The translations under genes and the position numbers were made by a program. Of a stretch of 64,000 nucleotides of DNA, positions 20,136 to 29,600 are shown in pieces; position 1 is the stretch's first letter; each line of letters begins with the position of its first letter. Below the pieces are notes generated by a model that saw only the letters and a program-made list of their open reading frames with translations, ran no database searches and was not told where the DNA came from. The DNA is from Gemmatales bacterium. GTDB taxonomy: Bacteria > Planctomycetota > Planctomycetia > Gemmatales > HRBIN36. The stretch lies in NCBI GenBank assembly GCA_025055835.1, contig JANWWR010000073.1, positions 11,379-75,378 of the forward strand. Reading direction: 5' to 3'.

Positions 20136-22049
20136 ATGACGACGCCGGTGCAGACGGACCAGGAACGCCAGAGTTTTGCCGAGGCTGCTCTCCGGCTCGG
20201 CGGCAAGAGCGAGGAGGAAGCCCGCCGCCTGGGTGCGGTGGACAAGGCCGATGAACAGGTCGAGGCCCTGTTTGCTCCGCAGTATCAGACGGTCAACAGT
20301 CCGGTGCATCGGGTGGTCTGGGATGACAAGTGCCCCGTCGATCTGTTCCGTCCGCCGCCCTTGCCGGACACGGCTCCCTGCGACGCAGCCATGAAGGCCT
20401 CGCTGGACATCGTGAAACGCCGGCTGGCCGAGAAAACGCTTTACGACGAGAACGGCAAAGTCTCCGCCGACACCCTGGCGGAACTGGGCCGGGCTGGATA
20501 TTGGGGTCTGCTGATCGACCCGAAGTACGGCGGGCAGGGCGCTCCGTTTGCCCGTTTCGCAGATTTCCTCACCCGCATGGCTGTCTGGGAACCGATGGTC
20601 GCCGGACTGGCCTCAGTCCACGGCTGCATCGGGGCGGTGGACCCGGTACGCACCTTCGGTTCGCCGGAACAGAAGCAACGCTTTCTTCCGCGGCTGGCCA
20701 GTGGCGAAGCCCTGTCCGGGTTCGCCCTCACCGAGCCGAACGCCGGCTCCGACCTGACCGCCCTGCGGACGACAGCCGTGCGAGTCGGCGACCATTTCGA
20801 GGTCACGGGCGAGAAGCTGTTCATTACCAACGTCATTCCCGGTCGCACCATCGGCCTCGTGGTGATGCTCGAGGGCAAACCGGCGGTGCTCATCGTGGAC
20901 CTGCCCAAGGAGGAGAACGAATCGTTCCAGATCGTTCGCTACGGTCTGCACGCCTTGCGGCACGCCCACAACAACGGCCTGCGGTTCCATCGGCTGCGAG
21001 TTCCCGTCGAGAATCTGCTGCACCCGAAGATCGGCGACGGGCTGACCATCGCCTATCACGGCTTGAACCTGGGCCGGGTGTCGCTGTGCGCCACCGCCGC
21101 CGGGAATCTGCGGGTCATGCTGGCCAATGTCCTCCCGTGGGCCGCCTTCCGCAAGACCTACGGGCAGCCGATCAACACTCGGGAACTGGTCAAACGCCGC
21201 ATCGCCCGGTTGGCCGCCCTCATCGTCGGCTGCGATGCCCTGGTCGCCTGGACGTCGTGGCTCATCGACCAGGGCTACCGCGGCGAGATGGAGTGCATCG
21301 TCGCCAAGATTTTCGGTTCGGAATCCCTCAAGGAGGCGGCCATTGAACTGTTCATGAAGACCCACGGCGGCCGGTCATTCCTCAAGGGACACATCTTCGG
21401 CGACAACGTTCACGACTTCCTCGCCCCGTGCATCTACGAGGGCGAAGGCGAGATGCTGGGTCTGGCGTTCTTCAAGTCGCTGGTCAAGGAGCACGGCAAG
21501 GCGTTCTTCGAGCCAATCGGCAGAGCCTTGCAACAGCACGGGCTGAAGAGTTTCAACCCGCTCAATCCATCCCATGCCTATGCCTTGCGAAAAGAACTGG
21601 CGGCCTACTCCCGCTGGTGGCTGGCCCAGACGTTCCGCACCGTGACCGTGCCAATGATCCCGGGGATGGATTCCCGCCTGGCTGAGCATTTCGGCTTCGC
21701 CTGGGCCGGCTTGCAGACGGCTCCCAGCGAAATCAGTGCCGTCATGCGGAAGCATCAACTCAAACTAGCCGACCGCCAGTGCCGCATGGCCGAACTGTCG
21801 GCCCGAACCCAGAGCCTCATCATCATGCTGGTCACTTCGCTTTGGGCACACCGGCAGAAGGACTCGGTTTCGACGCAGGCGGCGGACATTCTCTGCCAGG
21901 ACCTTCGCCGCGGCCTGACCGGGGAACGGCCCAGCGACCGCTACTTCCGCGCGGCCTCGGAACTGGCGGATGCGATCATCCACGGCGGCTTCCAGGCCAT
22001 CGCCGGCGCTCCCCAGGCCGAGATCCTGATGAGCTACGACAACCGCTGA
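20136..22049 (+). CDS. Acyl-CoA dehydrogenase family protein (long form)
   Basis: 637 aa with GFALTEPNAGSDL, GEKLFITN and IYEGEGEMLG motifs of the ACAD fold, plus N- and C-terminal extensions. Confidence 0.85.
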   Translation: MTTPVQTDQERQSFAEAALRLGGKSEEEARRLGAVDKADEQVEALFAPQYQTVNSPVHRVVWDDKCPVDLFRPPPLPDTAPCDAAMKASLDIVKRRLAEKTLYDENGKVSADTLAELGRAGYWGLLIDPKYGGQGAPFARFADFLTRMAVWEPMVAGLASVHGCIGAVDPVRTFGSPEQKQRFLPRLASGEALSGFALTEPNAGSDLTALRTTAVRVGDHFEVTGEKLFITNVIPGRTIGLVVMLEGKPAVLIVDLPKEENESFQIVRYGLHALRHAHNNGLRFHRLRVPVENLLHPKIGDGLTIAYHGLNLGRVSLCATAAGNLRVMLANVLPWAAFRKTYGQPINTRELVKRRIARLAALIVGCDALVAWTSWLIDQGYRGEMECIVAKIFGSESLKEAAIELFMKTHGGRSFLKGHIFGDNVHDFLAPCIYEGEGEMLGLAFFKSLVKEHGKAFFEPIGRALQQHGLKSFNPLNPSHAYALRKELAAYSRWWLAQTFRTVTVPMIPGMDSRLAEHFGFAWAGLQTAPSEISAVMRKHQLKLADRQCRMAELSARTQSLIIMLVTSLWAHRQKDSVSTQAADILCQDLRRGLTGERPSDRYFRAASELADAIIHGGFQAIAGAPQAEILMSYDNR

Positions 22050-22265
22050 TCGTCGGTGACGACGTTGCGGGATTTACGGCCACGCTGCCGATCCGTTCGC
22101 CCTTTGCCACTTTCCTCCAGTTGCCGTATTGTGAGACTTTAGCAACGATGAAGAATCGGTAAACTTCGACGAGTTTGCCGACGTACCGTGGTTGTGACCT
22201 CGGTGCGTCACGGAACAGCCCGCCACCAGGTCAGATTTCGTCAATACCGTCGTGAGAGGACAGCC

Positions 22266-24953
22266 GTGAAATTGCCAAGCTATCTCAGTGCCGCCGTCGC
22301 CGTTCTGGTGCTGGTCGTGGCTGCGGCGGGGGATCCGCCGGCCAATCCGGGCAACACCGCCATTTCCCCGATGCCTCCGTCGGGAGGCCCTCCGGGTCAG
22401 CCGTCGGGCGGACCGCCAAGCCCCTACGAGGACTTCGACAAGGTCGTGGGCGATGCCACCCGCTATGACGGGGTCTTTCGTCTGTACCTGAAAAAGGACC
22501 GACTCCTCATCGAGATCGAGCCGAAGCACTTCGACAAAAACTACCTCCTGGCCTGCGCGATCAAGCGGGGCATCGGCACCGGCTTCGCCCTGGGCGGCAT
22601 GACGCTGGACGAGCGGCTGATCAGCTTCCAGCGACTTGGCGACAAGGTGCACCTGATTCACCGCAACACCCGCTTCCGGGCTCAACCAGGGACGCCCGCT
22701 GCCGAGGCGGTCAAGAATGCATTCACAGACAGCGTCCTGTTCGCTTTGCGAATCCAGAGCGTCCGGCCCAACGGCAGCGTGCTCGTGGACCTGACCGACG
22801 TGCTCATGGCCGACCTCTTCGAGGTCCGCGGCTTGCTCTCCGCTGCCAGTCAGGGCGGGTTCTATCGGCTCGATCCGTCCCGCAGCTCCTTTGGCGAGAT
22901 CAAGAACTTCCCCATGAATGCAGAGATCGAGCTGAACGCCACCTTCGCTTCCGACGGCGGACGAGGCATCTACACCGTGCCCGATCCGCGTTCCGTGTCG
23001 CTGACGCTGCAATACAGCCTGTGCGCTCTTCCCGAGACGGGCTACCGTCCGCGGCTGGCGGATGATCGGGTCGGCTATTTCCTCACCGTGGTCAAGGACT
23101 TTTCGCGTCCCAACGATGAGACGGCCTTCGTCCGCTACATCAATCGCTGGCACCTCGAAAAGGCAGACCCGAACGCCAAGATGTCGCCGCCGAAAAAGCC
23201 CATCGTCTTCTGGATCGAGAAGACGGTCCCCTACGAGTACCGCAAGTACGTCCGGGAAGGCATCCTCGAATGGAACAAGGCCTTCGAAAAGATCGGCTTC
23301 GTGGACGCCATCGAGGTGCGAATGCAGCCGGACGATGAAGACTGGGACCCCGAGGACGTGCGCTATTCGACCTTCCGCTGGATTACGCCGTCGTCGGGCG
23401 GATTCGCCATTGGGCCGTCCCGTGTCAACCCCCTTACCGGCCAGATCTTCGATGCGGACATCCTCTTCGATGCCGATTTCATCCGCGCCTGGCAATTCGA
23501 GTACGACCTGTTCCATGAGGACAAGGCCGCCCTGGCCCTGGGCTGGAACGACCACACCCCGGACCGCTGCCGCTGCTGCATGTTGAGCACGGGGCGCGGG
23601 CTGGACATCGCCTTCGGCTCGGCGGCGATCTTCCTTCGGGACCAGGCCCCGGCCCATAAGGTGCCCGAGGAGCTGATTGGCCAGGGCCTGAAGGAAGTGG
23701 TCATGCACGAGGTCGGCCACACGCTCGGCCTGCGGCACAATTTTAAGGCGAGCACCCTGTGGAAAATGGAAGAGCTGAATGACACATCCAAGACCCGCGA
23801 GAAGGGTCTGTCGGCATCGGTCATGGATTACAACCCGGTCAACATCGCCCCCAAGGGCGTCAAGCAAGGCGATTACTTCTCGACGACCATCGGGCCGTAT
23901 GACTACTGGGCTATCGAGTACGGCTACAAGCCGATCCAGGCTCCCAATCCCGAAGGCGAACGGGCCGAGCTGAACAAGATCGCTTCCCGATCCGGCGAGC
24001 GGGAGCTGGCCTACGCCACGGACGAGGATACCCGCTCGGACACCTTCGGCCGGTCCTGGGATCCCGATCCGCTGGTCAACCGCTTCGACTTCGGCAGCGA
24101 ACCGCTCGATTACGCCAAGCAGCAGGCCGAGATCATCGACGAGATGTTCCGCGGCAAGCTGGTCGAGAAACTGGTTCAGGACGGCCAGGGCTATCAGCGG
24201 GTCCGGCGAGTGTTCGGAGCGTTGATCGGACAGTATGGCCGGTCGCTGGACTACGCGGCCCGCTACGTCGGCGGGGTCGAGTTTCACCGTAGCCACAAGG
24301 GCGATCCCAACGCCAAACCGCCGTTCACGGTCACGCCCCCGGCCAAGCAGAAGGAAGCGCTGGAATTCGTGACCCAGCGGGCTTTCTCCGACAAGGCGTT
24401 CCAGTTCTCGCCGGAGCTGCTCAACAGCCTGGCAGCCGACCGCTGGGACCATTGGGGCACCCGGACGGCCGATCAGAGCATCGAGTATCCGCTGCATCGC
24501 ATCGTGTTGCAGACGCAGACCCGGCTTCTGGATCGGCTTTACGATCCGCGGACGCTGACCCGGGTGCTCGACAACGAGCGGCGTTGTCTCGATGACAACT
24601 GCTTGACATTGCCGGACGTGTTCAACACGACCACCTCGGCCATCTGGTCCGAACTGGAAATCAAGGAGCTGCCGCAAGGGTCCAGCAACCGCAAGCCGGT
24701 GATCAGCAGCTTCCGACGCGGCTTGCAGCGGGAACACGTCAAGGCGCTCATCCGCATTCTGCTCAATCCTCCGGAGGGCATGCCGGAGGATGCCCGGACC
24801 CTGGCCTGGGCGAAACTGCGGAAGCTCGAAGGAGACATCAACCAATTCATGACGCGGTTCCCCAACGTGGATGAGTACACCCAGGCGCACCTGACCGAGT
24901 CGGCGACCCGGATCAAGAAAGCCCTGGACGCCGCTTACACGCAGATGCGGTAA
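22266..24953 (+). CDS. Secreted zinc metalloprotease (DUF5117/DUF4953-type, HExxHxxGxxH)
   Basis: HEVGHTLGLRHNF zinc motif. The likely GTG start at 22266 gives signal-like MKLPSYLSAAVAVLVLVVAAAG. Track ORF starts at 22188. Confidence 0.8.
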   Translation: MKLPSYLSAAVAVLVLVVAAAGDPPANPGNTAISPMPPSGGPPGQPSGGPPSPYEDFDKVVGDATRYDGVFRLYLKKDRLLIEIEPKHFDKNYLLACAIKRGIGTGFALGGMTLDERLISFQRLGDKVHLIHRNTRFRAQPGTPAAEAVKNAFTDSVLFALRIQSVRPNGSVLVDLTDVLMADLFEVRGLLSAASQGGFYRLDPSRSSFGEIKNFPMNAEIELNATFASDGGRGIYTVPDPRSVSLTLQYSLCALPETGYRPRLADDRVGYFLTVVKDFSRPNDETAFVRYINRWHLEKADPNAKMSPPKKPIVFWIEKTVPYEYRKYVREGILEWNKAFEKIGFVDAIEVRMQPDDEDWDPEDVRYSTFRWITPSSGGFAIGPSRVNPLTGQIFDADILFDADFIRAWQFEYDLFHEDKAALALGWNDHTPDRCRCCMLSTGRGLDIAFGSAAIFLRDQAPAHKVPEELIGQGLKEVVMHEVGHTLGLRHNFKASTLWKMEELNDTSKTREKGLSASVMDYNPVNIAPKGVKQGDYFSTTIGPYDYWAIEYGYKPIQAPNPEGERAELNKIASRSGERELAYATDEDTRSDTFGRSWDPDPLVNRFDFGSEPLDYAKQQAEIIDEMFRGKLVEKLVQDGQGYQRVRRVFGALIGQYGRSLDYAARYVGGVEFHRSHKGDPNAKPPFTVTPPAKQKEALEFVTQRAFSDKAFQFSPELLNSLAADRWDHWGTRTADQSIEYPLHRIVLQTQTRLLDRLYDPRTLTRVLDNERRCLDDNCLTLPDVFNTTTSAIWSELEIKELPQGSSNRKPVISSFRRGLQREHVKALIRILLNPPEGMPEDARTLAWAKLRKLEGDINQFMTRFPNVDEYTQAHLTESATRIKKALDAAYTQMR

Positions 24954-24979
24954 GCAACACCCATGGAACCGATCCACAA

Positions 24980-25015
24980 CAGCCGACGCTCTGGAGCGGA
25001 GCGTCGGCTGTTTTT
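24980..25015 (+). terminator. Rho-independent terminator after the metalloprotease gene
   Basis: Perfect 12-bp stem cagccgacgctc / gagcgtcggctg, 7-nt loop, then TTTTT. Confidence 0.85.
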
Positions 25016-25024
25016 GTGGATGGC

Positions 25025-25052
25025 TTGACCGACCGGGCAGGATCGGCACAAT
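25025..25052 (+). promoter_or_regulatory. Sigma70-like promoter candidate (TTGACC-16-CACAAT)
   Basis: Located immediately after the terminator and 57 nt upstream of the RidA-family ATG at 25109. Confidence 0.3.
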
Positions 25053-25108
25053 GAATCGGATTCGTTCGAGCGGATCATTCTCGTCGTTGTCGTGTCGGAG
25101 GAGCCGTC

Positions 25109-25573
25109 ATGAACCCCGAAGCTCGAATCCAGGAATTGCATCTCGTCTTGCCGCCGGCTCCCAAGCCGGTCGCCGTGTACAAACCGGCCGTGCTGGTCGG
25201 CACCATGCTTTACGTCTCCGGCCACGGACCGCTGAAGGCGGACATGACGCAAATCCTCGGTCGTGTCGGCGACGATCTGACGCTGGAGCAGGGGTATCAG
25301 GCAGCCCGGCAGGTGGGCTTGGCCATCCTCAGCACGGTCCGCAACACGCTCGGTTCGCTGGACAAGGTGAAGCGGCTGGTCAAGACGCTGGGCATGGTCA
25401 ACTGCACGCCGGACTTCAAAGACCATCCCAAGGTCATCAACGGCTTCTCGGAGCTGATGGCTGACGTGTTCGGCAAGGAGAACGGCATCGGCGCCCGCAG
25501 CGCGGTCGGCATGGCATCCTTGCCGGGCAACATCGCCGTGGAGATCGAGTGCATCTTCGAAGTAACGCCCTGA
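25109..25573 (+). CDS. RidA/YjgF/L-PSP family protein
   Basis: 154 aa. LYVSGHGP...GARSAVGMASLPGNIAVEIECIF matches the RidA-family C-terminal signature. Confidence 0.8.
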   Translation: MNPEARIQELHLVLPPAPKPVAVYKPAVLVGTMLYVSGHGPLKADMTQILGRVGDDLTLEQGYQAARQVGLAILSTVRNTLGSLDKVKRLVKTLGMVNCTPDFKDHPKVINGFSELMADVFGKENGIGARSAVGMASLPGNIAVEIECIFEVTP

Positions 25574-25614
25574 CCTGCCGCGCTCCCAGCAGGCGAAAGT
25601 GACAAGGGCCTGTC

Positions 25615-26619
25615 ATGGCCGCTCCGACTCGAACGCTTGACGCCTTTCCGCTCTTCGCTCCGCCGCCGCGCCGCTACCGGGGGCCGATTGTGGACGCCCA
25701 CATGCACAGCCGCGACGAGGAAACCATCGCGTCCTACTGGGACGTGGCGGAGAAGATCTACGGCGTCCGTTGTTGTGTGCCCATCGTCGATCTGAAAACG
25801 GCCATCCGCCTGAAGCAGCGCTATGGCGGACGCGTCCAGCCGGCCGTGTGGGGCATCCATCCCCGCAATGAGGATTTCCGCAATGGCCCAGGCTTCCGCC
25901 GGCACAAGGAAGCCCATCTCGACGCCCTCGCCGAGGCGGGCATGAAGATCGTCAAGCTGTGGTTCACGCCGCGGTTCCTCGATTGGTGGAACCTGCGGAT
26001 GGACGATCCGACCTTGGACTTCTTCTTCGACCGGATCGAACGGCTCGGCCTAGCAGTGCTGGTCCACGTCGCCGATCCCGACGCCTGGTTTGCCCGGCAG
26101 CTGCGGGACATGGAACAGCACGGAGCCAAGCCCGAACATTATCCACAGTTGATTCATCGCCTCGAACGCCACCCGGGCATCATCTTCCAGGTGGCCCATT
26201 TCGCCGCCGACCCGGAGAACCTCGAGCATCTGCATCAGCTTCTCGAACGTCATCCCAATCTGGTCCTGGACTCCAGCGCGACCAAGTGGATCTCCCGCGA
26301 ATTCAGCCGTCATGGTCCCGCAGCCCGGGACTTCCTCATCGAACACGCGGACCGCGTGCTTTTCGGCACCGATCTGGTCGCCAGTCCGGATCGGGAGAAA
26401 GAGGGGAAGCGGGAACACTACGCCACGCGGTTCTACGTCCATCAGATGATGTGGGAAGCGGAGGGTGTCTTCGACTCACCCATCGAGGACGAGGACGCGA
26501 CGGAACCGCCGCGGTTTTGCGGACTGAATCTACCTGCCGACGTGCTCCAGCGGTTTTACTGGGAGAACGCGGCACGTCTGTACGGCTTCACCGCCGACGA
26601 ATCGGCAGCAACTCGGTGA
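25615..26619 (+). CDS. Amidohydrolase-2 family metal-dependent hydrolase (TIM barrel)
   Basis: 334 aa with an N-terminal IVDAHMHS (HxH) metal motif and later VLVHVAD, HFA and GTD motifs consistent with amidohydrolase-2. Confidence 0.6.
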   Translation: MAAPTRTLDAFPLFAPPPRRYRGPIVDAHMHSRDEETIASYWDVAEKIYGVRCCVPIVDLKTAIRLKQRYGGRVQPAVWGIHPRNEDFRNGPGFRRHKEAHLDALAEAGMKIVKLWFTPRFLDWWNLRMDDPTLDFFFDRIERLGLAVLVHVADPDAWFARQLRDMEQHGAKPEHYPQLIHRLERHPGIIFQVAHFAADPENLEHLHQLLERHPNLVLDSSATKWISREFSRHGPAARDFLIEHADRVLFGTDLVASPDREKEGKREHYATRFYVHQMMWEAEGVFDSPIEDEDATEPPRFCGLNLPADVLQRFYWENAARLYGFTADESAATR

Positions 26620-27394
26620 CGGTCTCCGGCACGAAGCAGCGGCAATTCCCCTGGTCGTCTTGGATGACGATGCCCTCGAAGCTCAGTTCGAGAAGTCGGC
26701 CTTCCAGCGTCTCGCCGTGGCTGATGAGGCGAACGTGTCGGCCCAGAAGTCCGCTGTGCCACCGCCAACGGCTCTCCAGGTCCGCCCAGTGGCCGGTGAG
26801 GAGTTCCTGGTAGCCGTTGTCGAGGCGACGCAACAGGCCCTGAAAAATGGCCCGTCGGCTGGGGACATGTTCGGCGAACATGGCCAGCGAGCCGGCTTGA
26901 TGGAGTCCGGCGGCCGCGAATCGCTCGGCGGAAGTGCTGACGTTCAACCCGATGCCGACGATGGCGGACGGCTGATCCTCCGAACCTCCCCAATGCTGCT
27001 CGACCAGAACGCCGCAAACTTTCTTCCCCTGGATGTACACGTCGTTGGGCCATTTGATCGAGCTTTGCAGCCGGACCTGATCGTGTATCGTTTCGCACAC
27101 GGAGACCGCCGCCAGAATGGTCAGCAGCGACGAACGCCGCAGAGGTTCGGGGGGAAACAGCAGCACCGAGACCCAGATGCCTTCCCCGGCGGGAGAAGTC
27201 CAAGTACGTCCGAGGCGGCCCCGACCTGCCGTCTGGGCATCCGCGAGGATCACCAGGCCGTCGTGGGCCGAATTGCCGACGTACTCCGCAGCCACGCTGT
27301 TCGTGCTCGTCGTCTGCTCCAGATGGACGACCCGATGGCCGATACGGAACGGCGGATTGTCCGGCGAGAACCAGCTGACGAATGGATCACTCAT
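26588..27394 (-). CDS. birA: Biotin-[acetyl-CoA-carboxylase] ligase
   Basis: 268 aa with GRGRLGRTWTSPAGEGIW and KWPNDVY motifs. Overlaps the nadC stop by 8 nt (operon). Confidence 0.9.
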   Translation of the reverse strand: MSDPFVSWFSPDNPPFRIGHRVVHLEQTTSTNSVAAEYVGNSAHDGLVILADAQTAGRGRLGRTWTSPAGEGIWVSVLLFPPEPLRRSSLLTILAAVSVCETIHDQVRLQSSIKWPNDVYIQGKKVCGVLVEQHWGGSEDQPSAIVGIGLNVSTSAERFAAAGLHQAGSLAMFAEHVPSRRAIFQGLLRRLDNGYQELLTGHWADLESRWRWHSGLLGRHVRLISHGETLEGRLLELSFEGIVIQDDQGNCRCFVPETVTELLPIRRR

Positions 27395-28277
27395 GGTCCA
27401 AGGCGATGTCCAAGGAAACAGCCGAATGGGTCAAGGCGCCGACGCTGATCCGGTCCACCCCGGTTTCCGCGATGGCCCGGAGGTTCTCCAGCCGGACGCC
27501 GCCCGAGGCCTCGAGACGGACCTGCGGAGCGACGGCATTGCGTCGGGCCACGGCGGTTCGCAGCGTGTCCAGATTCATGTTATCCAGCAGCACGACATCG
27601 GGGCGGACGGATAAGGCTTCCTCAAGTTGTTCCAAAGTTTCGACCTCGACTTCAATGGGCACTCGGGAACCGACCTGTCTCCGGGCTTCCTCGACGGCGT
27701 AAGCGACAGGCCGAGGATGGTCAGCCACAGCCGCCAGGTGGTTGTCCTTGATGAGAATGCCGTCGTAGAGGCCCATGCGATGGTTGCTACCGCCGCCGCA
27801 GCGGACGGCATATTTTTCCAGGACGCGCCAACCCGGCGTGGTTTTGCGAGTGTCGAGCAGGACGCAGGGCAGCCCGGCCAGTTGGTCGGCGAAGCGACGA
27901 GTCTGCGTGGCCACGCCGCTGAGTCGCTGGAGGAAGTTGAGGGCAGTCCGCTCAGCGGTCAGGATCGTTCTCGTTCTGCCGTGTACACGAGCCAGGGGCA
28001 TGCCCTTGGTTACTGGCGTTCCGTCGGTGCAGAGGAATTCCACGGAGACGCTGCCAGGGGTGACGGCTTCCAGGACCATCGGCACGATGGGCAGCCCGGC
28101 GACGACGCCGGCGGCCCTGGCCACGAACACCGCCGAGCCGAGCCGATCCGACGGCACCAGCAGATCGCTGGTCAAATCCCCGGCACCGTTCAGATCCTCG
28201 GCCAGTGCCAGGCGGATGAGGGCGGAGGCGGCGTCAGCTTCGGATTTTCCCCAAGGATGGAAGCAATTTCCGGTCAT
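27387..28277 (-). CDS. nadC: Nicotinate-nucleotide pyrophosphorylase (quinolinate phosphoribosyltransferase)
   Basis: 296 aa with TAERTALNFLQRLSG, TRKTTPG, IKDNH, LLDNM and SGG motifs. Confidence 0.92.
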   Translation of the reverse strand: MTGNCFHPWGKSEADAASALIRLALAEDLNGAGDLTSDLLVPSDRLGSAVFVARAAGVVAGLPIVPMVLEAVTPGSVSVEFLCTDGTPVTKGMPLARVHGRTRTILTAERTALNFLQRLSGVATQTRRFADQLAGLPCVLLDTRKTTPGWRVLEKYAVRCGGGSNHRMGLYDGILIKDNHLAAVADHPRPVAYAVEEARRQVGSRVPIEVEVETLEQLEEALSVRPDVVLLDNMNLDTLRTAVARRNAVAPQVRLEASGGVRLENLRAIAETGVDRISVGALTHSAVSLDIALDHE

Positions 28278-28545
28278 GGCCTTCCCTTGCTTTTGACGGG
28301 TCAGAGTTTTAGAGTAACGATTCGCGGAGAGGCTGTCCGCCGCTGGGAAACCGCCCAGGCGCTGCCCAGCACAGCCTGCTGCCCGTCGGGTTTCGCAGTA
28401 TTTCTCCTGACATCCGTGAACGTCTCGCGATGGGACAACGTAGATAGCCTAGGAATGAAGCTGGCCGGACCGGAGCGACCCGTCGCCAAACGGGCCGTAC
28501 TTAGTTTTTCCTGCAAATCGGGCTGGTGGCTCGGCAAAGCGTGGG

Positions 28546-29517
28546 GTGATCATGGCCGATAACAATTCCAATTCCCAACCCAAGACCGCGCCCTCGGATG
28601 ACATCATCGTTCAGACGCGGACCTTGTCCAAGGTCTATCTCGATTTCTGGGGCCGCAAGAAGAAACAGGCCCTGCGTGCGCTGACGCTGGACATCCGAAG
28701 GGGGGAGGTCTTCGGCCTGCTTGGTCCGAACGGCTCCGGCAAGACAACTACGATCAAGCTGCTGCTCGGTCTGCTGTTTCCCACGGAAGGCGAGGCGCTG
28801 GTGTTCGGCAAGCCCGGCACCGACGTCAGCAAGAACGAACGGATCGGTTACTTGCCCGAAGAGTCGTATCTGTACCGCTTCCTCACGGCGGAAGAAACCC
28901 TGGACTTCTACGGCCGATTGTTCAACATGCCGGCGGACCTGCGCCGCCAACGGGCCCAGGAATTGATCGAAAAAGTCGGTCTGGCCAAGGACAAGAAACG
29001 GCAGCTCAAAGAGTACTCCAAGGGCATGAGGCAGCGCATCGGGCTGGCCCAGGCCCTGATCAACGATCCCGAACTGATCATTCTCGACGAGCCGACCTCC
29101 GGTCTGGATCCCATCGGCACGCGCTGGATGAAAAACCTCATTCTGGAACTGAAGGACCAAGGCAAGACGGTGCTCATGTGCAGCCACCGGCTCGATGACG
29201 TGCAGGACGTGTGCGACCGTATCGCCATCCTGTACGAAGGCGACCTTCAGGAACTGGGCGAGGTGGACAAGCTCCTGGAAATCCAGGAGCAGGTGCAGAT
29301 GCGTGCCAAGGGATTGCGAATGACGGAGGAGCTTCGCCGCGACCTCGCCGATGTGGTCCGCAAACACGGCGGCGAGCTGGTCGAGGTGGACCATCCGACG
29401 ACAACGCTGGAAGAGCTGTTCCTGAGGATTGTCGAGGAGAGCAAGGCGCGGCCCGGCCGTCGCTATCTGCCGCAGCGGGAAACGCCCGTGGCAGCTGGTG
29501 GCAAGTCCGGAGGATAA
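28546..29517 (+). CDS. ABC transporter ATP-binding protein (ABC-2/CcmA-like)
   Basis: Walker [11 protein letters not shown], signature [12 protein letters not shown], Walker [16 protein letters not shown] at 28546 or ATG at 28552. Confidence 0.92.
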   Translation: MIMADNNSNSQPKTAPSDDIIVQTRTLSKVYLDFWGRKKKQALRALTLDIRRGEVFGLLGPNGSGKTTTIKLLLGLLFPTEGEALVFGKPGTDVSKNERIGYLPEESYLYRFLTAEETLDFYGRLFNMPADLRRQRAQELIEKVGLAKDKKRQLKEYSKGMRQRIGLAQALINDPELIILDEPTSGLDPIGTRWMKNLILELKDQGKTVLMCSHRLDDVQDVCDRIAILYEGDLQELGEVDKLLEIQEQVQMRAKGLRMTEELRRDLADVVRKHGGELVEVDHPTTTLEELFLRIVEESKARPGRRYLPQRETPVAAGGKSGG

Positions 29518-29600
29518 GCAAGGCAGCAACTCCCCGTGCAGCGTCGGCTGGTCTTGACCGCCGATGCTGCTCCCTGTCATCCCCGAGGTGAAGCACGACC

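Noticed and set aside
22074-25049. 991-aa ORF on the minus strand spanning the whole metalloprotease locus
   Set aside because: It is exactly antisense to 22266-24953, which carries a clear HEVGHTLGLRHNF zinc motif, a signal peptide and a + strand terminator. The minus-strand product is low-complexity R/G/L/D/V-rich, typical of a shadow ORF in GC-rich DNA.
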